Below, piece after piece: positions 1 to 11,730 of a DNA stretch of 64,000 nucleotides (position 1 is the stretch's first letter; every line of letters starts with the position of its first letter). The notes beneath the pieces are model-generated. The model saw only the letters and a list, made by a program, of their open reading frames with translations. It made no database searches and had not been told where the DNA came from. A program made the position numbers and the translations under genes. Source of the DNA: Octopus vulgaris (Eukaryota); the NCBI GenBank assembly GCA_951406725.2, contig OX597823.1, positions 79,794,001 through 79,858,000 of the forward strand, given 5' to 3'.

Positions 1-453
1 TGTTTTATCATTATTCAGTACAACCAATCTTGCATAATGCTGTAACCATTCGGGCAACTATTGATTAATTTTTATGTGCTATGTAGGATTTCTTTTATAG
101 CACATGTTGAACATATGTCTTCAAAATTCCTTTAAAAATATGCTTACTGATTCTGAAATCTAAATAAATACACAGCAAATTGGGTGGTCTGCATGATCAC
201 GTTTTTGTAAGAGAAGCAAATGAATGCGAGAAACTGATTAGATTAAGAAAATATTTGTATGATATACGGAATTTGCCATCTAAATCAGGAGTTCTCAACA
301 GGGCGTATTTGAACCCTGCGGGGCCATAAAAGATTTTGGGGGAGTTCACGCTAGCAAAATAGTAAATTGGGGACCCACAGTAATATATTACTGGTCCATG
401 AAAAAATTTTGCTTTAGATGTGTTTCATGCAAGAAACAGATTTCTTTCTCTCA

Positions 454-736
454 GCAGGAGTGGCTGTGTGGTAAAGTAGCTTGCTTACCAACCACATGGT
501 TCTGGGTTCAGTCCTACTGTGTGGCACCTTGGGCAAGTGTCTTCTACTATAGCCTCGGAACGACCAAAGCCTTGTGAGTGGATTTGGAAGACGGAAACTG
601 AAAGAAGCCCGTCGTATATATGTGTATATATATATATATATATATGTTTGTGTGTTTGTCCCCCCACCACCACCAACATCGCTTGACAATCGATGCTGGT
701 GTGTTTACGTCTCCGTAACTTAGCGGTTCGGCAAAA
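454..736 (+). mobile_element. tRNA-derived SINE family A, 3'-truncated
   Basis: Head GCAGGAGTGGCTGTGTGGTAA...GGTTCAGTCC (A/B-box-like), internal (TA/TG)n; matches more than 15 other copies in the window. Confidence 0.85.
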
Positions 737-852
737 TAGAAATTTAGAAAGAAATATGTATAAAACTAGTTTTTAAACGCCGAAGGGTTAGGGAGGGGGG
801 GTATACTAGAATAAAATAGTAATGAAAGAGATCCATAGATGAAAACAAAATG

Positions 853-1046
853 TTACTCTCTTTTACTTGTTTCAGTCATTTTGACTGCGGCCATGCTGGA
901 GCACCGCCTTTAGTCGAACAAATCGACCCCTAGTACCTATAAGCCTAGTACTTATTCTATCGGTCTCTTTTTGCCGAACCGCTAAGTGACGGGGACGTAA
1001 ACACACCAGTATCGGTTGTCAAGCAATGCTAGGGGGACAAACACAC

Positions 1047-1087
<41 letters not shown>

Positions 1088-1245
1088 CACGACAGGCTTC
1101 TTTCAGTTTCCGTCTACCAAATCCACTCACAAGGCATTGGTCGGCCCGGGGCTATAGCAGAAGACAAGATGCCACGCAGTGGGACTGAACCCGGAACCAT
1201 GTGGTTGGTTAGCAAGCTACTTACCACACAGCCACTCCTGCGCCT
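853..1245 (-). mobile_element. SINE family A, near full length
   Basis: Reverse complement of the 9867-10256 copy, including the GAAACAAGTAAAAGAG tail. Confidence 0.9.
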
Positions 1246-1367
1246 ATAGAGAGCCACTGATTTAAAAGCTCATGTGGGAGGAGTTCTTTGCAAAATACTC
1301 AAATTTGAACGAACTACAACCTAGAAAATATTGACCCAGTGAAAAACCTGTTCAGTCATGGGAAGTA

Positions 1368-1582
1368 CGAGGGGTGCTGAAAAGTTGTTGGCTCTAAGGG
1401 TATCGTCTGGCTGGAGGCTCAACCTTCTGAGTTCTTTTTATGGAACTTAGAAGACCTGAAGGACCGTTGCAATGAGTGGGCAAATCTGAGACGGGAATAC
1501 GTTGAATAAAATCATAATTAACTGATCTTCCTGTATTTTCTTGTATCCAAAGCCAAGAAATTTTTTAACCCCCCCCCCCTCG
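1368..1582 (+). mobile_element. mariner-derived MITE
   Basis: TA-flanked ends CGAGGGGTGCTGAAAAGTT ... CCCCTCG; internal remnant reading LEDLKDRCNEWANLRREYVE* resembles a mariner C-terminus. Confidence 0.65.
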
Positions 1583-2324
1583 TATTATTTTGCCTGGAAA
1601 CAGTTGGCGATTGGCAATAGGAAGGGCATCTGGCCGTAGAAAATCTTTCTCAACTAATTCTGGCTGACTCGTGCAAGCTTGGAAACAGAGCATTATTAAA
1701 CGATGATATCTGAATGAACGCTTAACCAGGATTGGTCTGTTGAGCAATTCGAAACCGTATTGGTTGTAAAATAAGCTTCTTAACCATAGAGCCATTCTTG
1801 CATCTAAAATGGCGAACACTAACATGGCAGTACTGGGATGGTATACAAATATATATAAAACACGAAAACATATTTTGGCAACCTATCTGACAGTCGGCTA
1901 AATATACAAGCTAATTACTTAATTTCTGTTCGTTTAATTATCCCTCATGTTGTATATTTATTCTATTCCGTTTGCTAATAAAAATGTATTAAGATTATGT
2001 AAATAAGTAAATGTTAATAGTAACAGAACATAAACATGGTTTTGTCTTTGTTACTTTTTTATGGCGGGCGGGTGTATTTTTTATTCATTCAATTAATTAG
2101 TTCGTATCACGTGATATGTTAAGTCATCATGTAAATGACAAGGGTGAAGGAACTGCCGTAAGACGATATGTGTTATATAAATATATCTATAATACTTATA
2201 TATATATGTGTGTTTATATACATAAGTATGTAAATATAAATGCCTGTATGTATATATATATATATATATATATTGCTTATAGTTATGTCTATATACAGAC
2301 GCATACGAATGAATATCTACGCGC

Positions 2325-2380
<56 letters not shown>

Positions 2381-2629
2381 AGTCAGGACCAAAATTCTTC
2401 AGAGAGATGTTAAACATCCAAGTCCGCCGGTTCAATCCAAACAAAGAATATATATAATAAAAACAATATTGTCAGTATTAGTATAACCAATAAATAAAGT
2501 AAAAGGAAAGGGAAAAAATATATAGGTGTAGACGATCTTTAATCCAAAGTTGGTACAAATCCAATAAAGATTCTACAAATTGTTTCCAAGCCTAAGTAAT
2601 CCTATATATATATATATATATATATATAT

Positions 2630-2772
2630 AAGATTAATCAGCCGAAATTGCGAAGATGATCCGGTTCTTGACTGAAGATTGAAAGCTTCGAATATCCCGT
2701 CCGTGTTTTTTGTATCGTCTTCTAAATGTTTCACGTTCTTGTCTCAGTTTGTATTTTTTTACATTTACATAG
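2630..2772 (+). repeat. (TA)n-embedded interspersed repeat with HHR-like motifs (second copy at 5038-5135, minus strand)
   Basis: GAAATTGC...GACTGAAGATTGAARGCTTCGAAT...CCGTG shared with the inverted copy; flanked by (TA)n on both sides. Confidence 0.6.
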
Positions 2773-2821
<49 letters not shown>

Positions 2822-3034
2822 GGCTCGGAAACATTTTGTCCGGCGTGCTTCTGATTTATGTTCAGAGTTTAAAATCCGCCAGGGTCGACTTTTGGGAGTT
2901 GATAAAACAAGTACCAGCTGAGTACTGGAGTTTATGTAATCGAGATATCTCTGCCCCAAAACTGCTGGTATTGTGCGAACATTTGAAACCAATGAAGCAC
3001 CGTTGCAAGAAAGCTGTTGTTGTTTAACCTAATT

Positions 3035-3586
3035 TTGGAGGAAGGGCCCAGTCGATTACAGCGACTCCAGTACTCGACTGAGATTTTTTTTATCAGCCCT
3101 GAAAAGTAAAAGTCAACCTCGGCGGAATTTGAACGCAGAACTTAAAGAGCCGGAAGAAGTGCCAACAATTTTGCCGGTTTACCGTCATAATAATATTTCA
3201 AATTTTGGCACAAGGCCAGCAATTCCTGGAGACGGGGTATGTCGATTACATTGATCCTAGTTCTCTACGGGTTCTTATTTCCTCGAACCGGAAAGGATGA
3301 AAGGAAAAATCGACCTCGGTGGAATTTGAATTCAGAACTTGAAAAGCCGGAAGAAATACTGCTACCTCGCTGCCATATTAATAATAATTCTTTCTTCCCT
3401 TGGTACAACGCCTGAAATTTTGGAGGAAGGGGCTAACAGATTATAGCAACTAAGTACTTATTCTATCGACCCTGAAGGGTAAAAGTTGATCTCTGTGAAA
3501 TTTAAAAGCAGAATTTGAAGAGCCGGAAAAAAAGCCGTTAAGCATTTAGTCCGACTTGCTAGCGGTTCTGCTAGCACGCTGTCTTA
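3035..3586 (-). mobile_element. Degenerate tandem array of about three SINE family B units
   Basis: GTCAACCTCGGCGGAATTTGAAC..AGAAC..AAGAGCCGGAAGAA motif repeated three times. Confidence 0.65.
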
Positions 3587-5225
3587 AAGAAAAACAACAC
3601 ATGATAAAAGTGAAGAAAAACAGCAACAGGAATTTCGAAAAACGTGTTCCTCTTTACAGGTTTATTTTTGCATGTGATTAATAAATGTTACTTAAGCACA
3701 AACCATTTGGGTAGCTTGTTTTTTCTTCGATATTTTTTAACCCTATTTTATTGCTCAACGACTATTTGTTGCGATTAAAATTCTCTTTTGTTCGTCTTTT
3801 GGTTGGGGGAATCTTATTAAAAAAATATCACTTTTATTTTCACATGTTTTTCAACTATTTAATCTCGACTTGAATCCCACGTTCGTTAAGATTACATTCC
3901 AGTTTCTTAAAATAAAGATGATTTGAAAACAGCATTGAAATTTCTTCTACTACAAGTGTGAATTTTCATGTCGCTGTAAACTGCTGTTAAACTGCTGTTG
4001 CTCCGTTTCTTTCTGAGGAATCGTTCAAAAAAATATTAATTATTCTATTTATTTCTGCTACAGAAGAAAATATCCTCGTGTAATAATTTCTTTTCTTCAA
4101 ATCGAGTTTCTGTATTCATTGTCTCTGAAATAATCTGTATAAGGGGATTAATGCATTAATAATTAACTAATCATAGCAACAATAAAAAGCATTATCAATT
4201 TTAATATTTCCTCATTTCACCATACGTTTGAATTCTTGTTCCAACTTCGAGCTTCCGATATTTCTATTCTATTTTCATCTCCACTGATATCGCTTCCTTG
4301 TTTTTTTTTACACTCTCTCTCTATCCCATAGAAGATTAATTAATTTATTTCATTTCATTTTTATTTTAGTATTGTACGAGAACGAACGCCCCCAAAACAA
4401 GGATGAAGTACTTTACTGGGAGACAATCTTGAATTACTTTACGGGAAGCAAACTCGTTCTCCTGAAAGATTCTCTTCTCATGAGCGAGAAAAGAATTCCG
4501 GTTGACGATTATTATGAACTGGACGCCTTAAATGGAGATTATTATTTTAGTTCATTTATTATGTTGTTTGTTGATTTTGTCAACAATTTAGCAAAACCTC
4601 TCTTGGTTAGATTTGATGAAATAATTATATTTTCTCTGTGTGTGTTGGATTAGTGTTTAAACACTATAAAATATATCAACTGAATTTAAGACCTCAATCA
4701 TTAACACATAATTAAAACTTCACTACATTATTAGAGTGCAATTATCGTAAGCTGAACGAATTTGAACGTACACACACAAGTCGGATAAAACTTATATATA
4801 AAGCAGAACAACATACAGTAAAAAAAAGAGCAGATCTCAGAAATGCTTCGTAATTTTCATCTAAGTTCTACAGCTGTTTCGTCGGTTAATATACATCACC
4901 ATCAATGAAATTACTTAAATGGTACATACAGATACATAATTAATTTAAATGTGATGAATAAACCATCTGATCGAGAAATAAAATTTATATGCGAATTTAT
5001 ATATATATATATATAAGAATGAATGTTTTTATATATAATGAACGTGAAACACAGGAAGGGACGAACACGGAACACAGACAAATCATTCGAAGCCTTCAAT
5101 CTTCAGTCAGACACCGAACCATCATAGCAAATTTCATATATAGTTAGTTGATCCAAACATGAAAACACAAAGAGAAAACACAACAACGCGAGGGCGTGGA
5201 ACAAATATAGTATTATATATATATA

Positions 5226-5746
5226 CCGTAAATCCTCGAGTATAGTCCGCCCTTGAGTATAATACGCAGGGGATTTTTAGGAGGCTGTACCTCTGAAAAA
5301 CCTAAACCTTGTGTATAATACGCACCCCTTCTCTAACTTGAGTCGTGCGTAATTAAGCCAGCAGCACCTAGTCGAACAATCACTTCCGCGCATGCGTAAT
5401 ACAATAATGGTGATGTTCTTAACTGTTATACTGTTATATGGCAATGTAAATATATTTGCAAATTGTTTTTGCTACATGCTATTCTGTGTTCTGAATACTT
5501 TCATTTTAATTAATGTTGCTTACTGCAAGTTATGGAGGATTCTTTAATGACTTCATTGCTTTCAGGCTTAGCTTAAGGTATTTTCGCGCCCGACATCACA
5601 AAATGCGTCTGAATAAATATTGCAAATAGAGACTCGGACATTGCTTAGAAAATATTTTTCATTTTTAACCTCGTATGTAGTACGCACTAGGGATTTTGGC
5701 CTTTAAATTTTGGGGGAAAATGTGGATTATACTCGAGGATTTACGG
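5226..5746. mobile_element. pogo/Tigger-like MITE
   Basis: TIR CCGTAAATCCTCGAGTATA / TATACTCGAGGATTTACGG, TA flanks; second copy at 30909-31403. Confidence 0.85.
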
Positions 5747-5969
5747 TATATATATATATATATATATATACATACCGTAAATCCTTGAGTCAGATCATGG
5801 CTGTTATTTTCAGCATGGTGGTATTTCGTAGATACCCTAATTTATAATTTTAATAATTATTACCTTTGAAGGTTATTTTTTCCATGCTGACCACTTGAAA
5901 TCGTTATTTTATTTTTAAATTAACGATCTTATCCTTATTTATATAAATTTATATATATATATATATATT

Positions 5970-6546
5970 ATTTAAAATTAAGGATAAAATCTTTATAAGA
6001 AATTATCAGTAGTTAGCGTGAAAACCTCTTAAGAGAAAAAATCTGTAAATTTTTCCACTTTGAAAATATTTATTTATATAATATAGAGGGTACTATTATT
6101 CATAGGTGCCGCATGCTAGGAGGGACTTTTGCAGTCAAAACTACTAAAATAAACAAATTGTACCGAATGCAAAACTTCAAAGCAAGTCATTTAAAAACAG
6201 AATTTAGTTACATATCACCTGTGATTTCGCAATCAATGCAGAATATGCATTTTATGTTCTTCAGTGCAACGAACTCAAGACATATAAGAAAAAAACACAA
6301 CATTACATACCCGACAGCCAACCGTAGAATTCGTCGTAGCATGTACGAATGTTTATCTTTACATATCTATGAAAACGGCGGGCTTATTCGCAATGCATTT
6401 CGGTAACAACTTGCCTACTCGGAACAAAAATTCAGTATTGAACTATTCCGGTGGAAAATATAAATTTAAAATTAAGGATAAAATCTTTATATTTATAAGA
6501 AATTATCAGTAGTTAACGTGAAAACCTCGTAAGAGAAAAAATCTGT
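5970..6546 (-). mobile_element. Non-coding retrozyme/Penelope-like element, 494-bp unit plus terminal direct repeat of about 80 bp
   Basis: 5970-6046 recurs at 6464-6546; (TA)n on both sides; internal hammerhead motif. Confidence 0.7.
6207..6270 (-). ncRNA. Type I hammerhead ribozyme motif
   Basis: Minus strand GUUGCA-CUGAAGA-[stem II]-GAAA-UCAC-AG-GUGA-UA/UGUAAC; stems I and III pair fully, core intact, A.C mismatch at the base of stem II. Confidence 0.75.
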
Positions 6547-7087
6547 GTATATATATATATACAGAATGTTGTTTTGGGGTACAGTATTCGTTAATTCTAC
6601 TAAAAATATTGTCTGAAACGCTTAAGTGCTGCTTTAAATCTAAGCACAGACCACCCAATAAAGTAATGCGAGTAGACGTCAATATAATTTATTGCGAATG
6701 CACCATTTTTTTAAAGCATGTATTTTTCAACAGCTAAGAGTGTTTGATCAAAATCTTTTCAAGCTGTCTCTAACTATCTTCTACTAATTGCAGACTGAGG
6801 AATTACTGAGCTTGGAGTCAGAGATTAAATTCGGTGAACATACCTTTAGCTACATTGCTTGCTTGTGAGCATTGCTTTCAACATAAGGTCGATTTCGTAC
6901 AGCCAACATTCCGATGACATTAAATTACATTTTATCTTCAAACCATATTCTCTCTCTCTCTATCTAACTCTCTCTCTCTCTCTCTCTCCCTCTCTCTTTC
7001 CCGCTCTGCCCTTCCCTCACATACATACACACACATAGATAGATAGATAGATAGATAGATAGATTGATAGACGGATAGGTAGGTAGG

Positions 7088-7120
<33 letters not shown>

Positions 7121-7254
7121 GGACGGATAGATAGATGGATAGATAGGTGCGGTTTGGCTGAATAGTTAAGAAACCTGTTTCGCAATTACAAGGTCCCAAG
7201 TTCGATTTCACAGCGTGGCATCTTGGACAAATGTTTTTTTTTATATAGCCTCGA

Positions 7255-7475
7255 AGGCGGCGGGCTAGCAGAATCATTAGCTTGCCGAACAAAATTCTTA
7301 GCGGCATTTCGTTCGTATTTTTGTTCTGAGTTCAAATTCCACCAAGGTTGACTTTACTTTTCATCTTTTTGAGGTCGATAAAACAAGTTCCAATTGAGTC
7401 CTGGGAGTCAATGTAATCGGCTTACCCTTGCCTTCAAAATTTCAGGCCTTGTACATGTAGCAGAAAGGATTATTG
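7255..7475 (+). mobile_element. SINE family B (diverged), following a partial family A head at about 7147-7252
   Basis: GGCGGCGGGCTAGCAGAATCATTAGC head, GAGTTCAAATTCC B-box, TTTCATC..GGTCGATAAAA central domain. Confidence 0.75.
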
Positions 7476-7479
7476 TTAT

Positions 7480-7900
7480 TCTTATTTCTTTATTGCCCAC
7501 AAGGGGCTAAACATACAGGGGACAAACAAGGACAGACAAAGAGATTAAGTCGATTACATCGACCCCAGTGAGTAACTAGTACTTAATTGATCGACCCCCA
7601 AAAGGATGAAAAGCAAAGTCGACCTCGGCGAAATTTGAACTCAGAACGTAGCGGCAGACGAAATACCTATTTCTTTACTACCCACAACGAGCTAAACACA
7701 GAGGGGACAAACAAGGACAGACACACGGATTAAGTCGATTACATCGACCCCAGTGCGTAACTGGTACTTATTTAATCGATCCCGAACGGATGAAAGGCAA
7801 AGTCGACCTCGGCGGAATTTGAACTCAGAACGTAACGGCAGACGAAATACGGCTACGCATTTCGCCCGGCGTGCTAACGGTTCTGCCAGCTCGCCGCCTT
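7480..7900 (-). mobile_element. SINE family B dimer
   Basis: Full unit plus a headless unit joined at the AAGAAATAGGTATTTCG junction (minus strand). Confidence 0.85.
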
Positions 7901-8340
7901 ATTGTTATTGTTATTCTGAAAGTTTATTGTTATTCTGAAGGAATATTGTTATTCTGAGGGTGTCGGGCTCTGGGGTCTATGTAATCGACCTACCTCAACC
8001 CCATCCTTCTGAAATTGCTGGCCTTGTGCCAAAATTTGAAATCATTATTATTGATTTTATCATCATCATCATCATTAATGTGTCGCGTTATCAGACAAAA
8101 TGGGACAAAACGGTTAGCAGTTTTTTTCCTCCGACTCTTCATTTTCTGAGTTCAAATATTACCAAAATCAACTTTACTTTTCATCGTTTCAGGGTCGATA
8201 AAATACGAAACAGTCGAGAACTGGGGTCAATGTAATTGACTAGCCTTCCTCACGAAAATATTTCAGGTCGCGTTTCTTCTTTGCAGGTAGCCAGTGACTT
8301 CATTTCTTATATAGAAAGTAGTAAACAAAATATTTGCTGA

Positions 8341-8850
8341 CGAGTACTATGACCCGGCGTTGCCGGATCTAGTGCTAGTGCTTGTTGTTCGTTGCCGGGT
8401 CGCAGTAAAAATTTCTCACTAAATCAAGAGCTAAGTTTCTTATCACATTTCAGCCAGGGCCAGTTTTGTTGTTTATGAGCTAGTTGGAGCTTTTTATGAG
8501 AGTAATTAATAATCATTGGACTTCGGTTTTCACACATGGAACGGCACAATCATGGAAAATTAGCGGGACTGTGCACATGTCATTAGTCAGGCAAAAAAGG
8601 AGGCAGAAGAAAGCGAAAAACTCGAATTTGGCCGCAAAATAACTTATGGGCATAAGGGGTTGGTTTATCGCTTTTTTTTATATAGCTTTCTGGGGTGACT
8701 GGGCAAATGAAAAGATCTTCACGACCACTCTCAGACAGTTTTGAAAGGCCATAGAAAATGCGAGCCTTTTACGTGAAAAACTGTGGATTTGTATAAAGGA
8801 CACACAGGCACACAGATACACAAACATTTTGCCGTTTATAGATATAGAGA
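8341..8850 (-). mobile_element. Non-autonomous Helitron
   Basis: Minus strand starts TC after A and ends with a GC hairpin plus degenerate CTAG before T; no TSD; both termini shared with 35669-36062. Confidence 0.7.
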
Positions 8851-9535
8851 TAACTCTGGTTCATCAAAAGGGAATTAAATCACTATATGTACACAAAGCA
8901 GCGAGGATCAATGTAGTGATGTGTACGTCTTTTATAGATGTATTATACATACATATGCAGCAGGATTTTGTTGCAAAAGCAATCAACAATGCCATCTACA
9001 AAAATGACTGTCCTGAAATAAACTTAGAAAATCCCTCTGTTATGAAATACATTCATAAACACCAACTCGTGGAATATTCCCATCAAAACCGCTGTCAAAT
9101 GTAAGCATAACAGTTCGGATATTGTCGTTTGGGACAGATGGGCAAAAGTATGTACCATCATAGAGGTCAGCTACCCTGCAGATATAAATATCTGTTTGAA
9201 AATTAAAGAAAAAGAGGATATCTATGGACAACTGCTTCGAAACCTCCAGCTTCTATATCCAGACTAAAAATTCATATTCATACCAATAATAATTGGAGCA
9301 CTAGGTTTTGTTAGTAAAAGCTTAAAGGAGAATCTAGATAAACTAGGATTTTCAGAAAGAGAAATCGACCGGCTAATTCGTACATTATAAGTGCAACCTG
9401 TGAGTGGAACAGTAAAAATATGCAAGAATTTTCTCAAGTTTCAAATGTGAATTTGTCTGTGTTAACTACATCCCAAATGTAGAGCCTTGTATCTCTGTTG
9501 GAAACCGGATCCCTTTTCAGTGGAAGATCTATAAT
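8851..9535 (+). pseudogene. R4/Dong-type non-LTR retrotransposon 3' remnant (restriction-like endonuclease)
   Basis: Manual translation WNIPIKTAVKCKHNSSDIVVWDR..CTIIEVSYPAD..KEKEDIYGQL..IPIIIGALGFV..SGTVKICKNFL with stops. Confidence 0.75.
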
Positions 9536-9595
9536 AATTGAAAAGTAGAAGAGACATGCATACGTAATACATATACTTATATTTGTATACATATA

Positions 9596-9855
9596 AGGTG
9601 GAACCTCGGCTTACGAACTTAATTCGTTCTTGAAGGAAATGTTTGTAAACCAAAGCCAATTTCCCATAGGAAATTCTAGAGAAGGCATGGCAAATTCAAG
9701 CAGGGATGTGCACTGAATGAAAGCTAGGCAGTAACTGATGCTCTCCTGCTAATACTCTCAGCTTGTTGCCGGCTGCGTGTTCGTTACTCGAGACATCGTT
9801 CGTCAACCAAGACGTTTCATGTTCCAAAACTTGTCCATAAACCGAAGTTCCATTG
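9596..9855. mobile_element. Tigger-like MITE
   Basis: Degenerate TIRs GTGGAACCTCGGCTTACGAAC / GTCCATAAACCGAAGTTCCATTG with TA flanks. Confidence 0.6.
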
Positions 9856-9866
9856 TATATATACAC

Positions 9867-10256
9867 AGGCGCAGGAGTGGCTGTGTGGTAAGTAGCTTGT
9901 CTACCAGCCACATGGTTCCGGGTTCAGTCCCACTGCGTGGCACCTTGGGGAAGTGTCTTCTACTATAGCCTCGGGCCGACCAAAGCCTTGTGAGTGGATT
10001 TGGTAGACGGAAACTGAAAGAAGCCCGTCGTATATATGTATATATATATGCGTTTGTGTGTCTGTGTTTGTCCCCTAGCATTGCTTGACAACCGATGCTG
10101 ATGTGTTTATGTCCCCGTTACTTAGCGGTTCGGCAAAAGAGACCGATAGAATAAGTACTGGGCTCACAAAAGAATTAAGTGCCGGGGTCGAGTTGCTCGA
10201 TTAAAGGTGGTGCTCCAGCATGGCCGCAGTCAAATGACTGAAACAAGTAAAAGAGT
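9867..10256 (+). mobile_element. SINE family A, full length
   Basis: AGGCGCAGGAGTGGCTGTGTGG head through GAAACAAGTAAAAGAG tail. Confidence 0.9.
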
Positions 10257-10822
10257 ATATACATATAAATAGACTCACACACACGCACGTATATTTGTGT
10301 CTACGTGTGTAAGCTCATTTAGTTAGGCTAGAAATGGGAGAGCAATGACCTTTGCATTCTCACCTTGACTGATAAATTTGATGCAAATGCTATATATGTT
10401 TATGCACCCCACTTGGTTCAAGGTATTCCTTAACTCCTACAGATGGCTCATTCAAAAATGACTATCGCATGATATGTAGTGGCAATGTAGCCACGTGAGC
10501 TATGTATTGGGCAACCAAATAATCAACTAGATATATTCCGTTAGTACTGGAAAGAATGTAGCTACGAAAGTGTAAGTTAGCTGCCTTCGTAGAGACATAA
10601 CTTGAAAGAAGCAGAGCCAACTGGAAATATATGACAGAAATCCAAAATTGCCCAGATCATATACACTCGCGACCGCAAAGCACTAAGCTATGAGGTGTTA
10701 AATCTTTGGTTAAAACACATGCATATGCTCACTCATATATATATATATATATGTACGTATGTAAATATGCATATAGTAATTGAATATACATGAATATATG
10801 TATGTCATGAATAGCTATCAGG

Positions 10823-10867
<45 letters not shown>

Positions 10868-11244
10868 CCATCATCATCATACCCACCAGCTGGAAATGTT
10901 ACCCGCGGTATATTGACGTCATATCCAGATAATGATTAATCTCTCACTCGCTGCTTCGCCATGTACATGAAACTGGAGATAAGCAGCGGCTCTCGTGGAC
11001 TCTTCGTGGCCTCGTAGACATTAAAATCTCATGAATCAACGGATATTATTACAAATATATAAGAGAAAGCTTTAGAATTCCAAATCCACTTGAAGTACTC
11101 CCATGTTTTCGCTTGCACCAACAGCTTATTTTACGTTATAGTAGTGTCAGTTGAGTTTCTTGCCATTAAACGTCTGGCAGTGAAGAATTTGGATTAAACA
11201 CAAAAACTAGTGTTATATATATAAAAAAAAAAGTCTAATGTCAT

Positions 11245-11470
11245 TAATGCTGTTTAACACCAGGTCAGGTCAATGCTGAGATGAGCAGACCTATGATTGA
11301 TGGCATTCCAACCGTGACTGTCAGTATCATTTTCTTTTCTCTCTCATATTATCTAAGATTACACTATCCAGTGTGTACTTGCTTTTTAAAGATTGTATGA
11401 TGTAATTTAAAGAAAATTTGACTGCTATTTCTAGTAGATCGAGTGACTGCAAAACGGCTCTCTTTTTAAC
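11245..11470 (+). repeat. Old interspersed repeat (family H); related copies near 16975, 20500, 35600-36180, 43250-44070, 45110-45590, 51900-52110, 53410
   Basis: Recurring GCAGACCTATGAT..GGCATTCC..GTGACC and ATTTGGCTGCTATTTCTAG..GTCGAGTGAC motifs. Confidence 0.6.
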
Positions 11471-11678
11471 TCAGCAAACCGTTGTAGGTTAAGTTGATGA
11501 GATTTAGCGATATTTATTTAAGGCTTTGAGCAAAGCCTTAAAGTAAATTTATCTCAACCTTTGGTTCTATTATTTAGATTATTAATATTTAATGAAACTC
11601 ACTCCAACTCAAACACACGGAATGTTAAATGCCAAGATATTATCATCATCATCATCATCGTCATCGTCATCATCATCA

Positions 11679-11728
<50 letters not shown>

Positions 11729-11730
<2 letters not shown>

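Larger units (their letters stand above)
286..1259. mobile_element. hAT (Charlie-like) MITE interrupted by two SINE insertions
   Basis: Degenerate TIRs CAGGAGTTCTCAAC / GAGAGCCACTG; imperfect 8-bp TSD ATCTAAAT (278-285) vs ATTTAAAA (1260-1267); ends resemble the MITEs at 45599 and 60535. Confidence 0.6.

Noticed and set aside
2377-2602. TA-flanked segment with CUGAAGA at one end and GAAAC-AAUUU-GUA at the other (minus strand), suggesting a split hammerhead
   Set aside because: I could not form stem I or stem II between the two halves
8270-8292. TTTCTTCTTTGCAG|GTAG, a possible recursive splice site (similar TTTACAG|GTTT at about 3655)
   Set aside because: The regenerated donor is weak and such motifs are expected by chance in 64 kb
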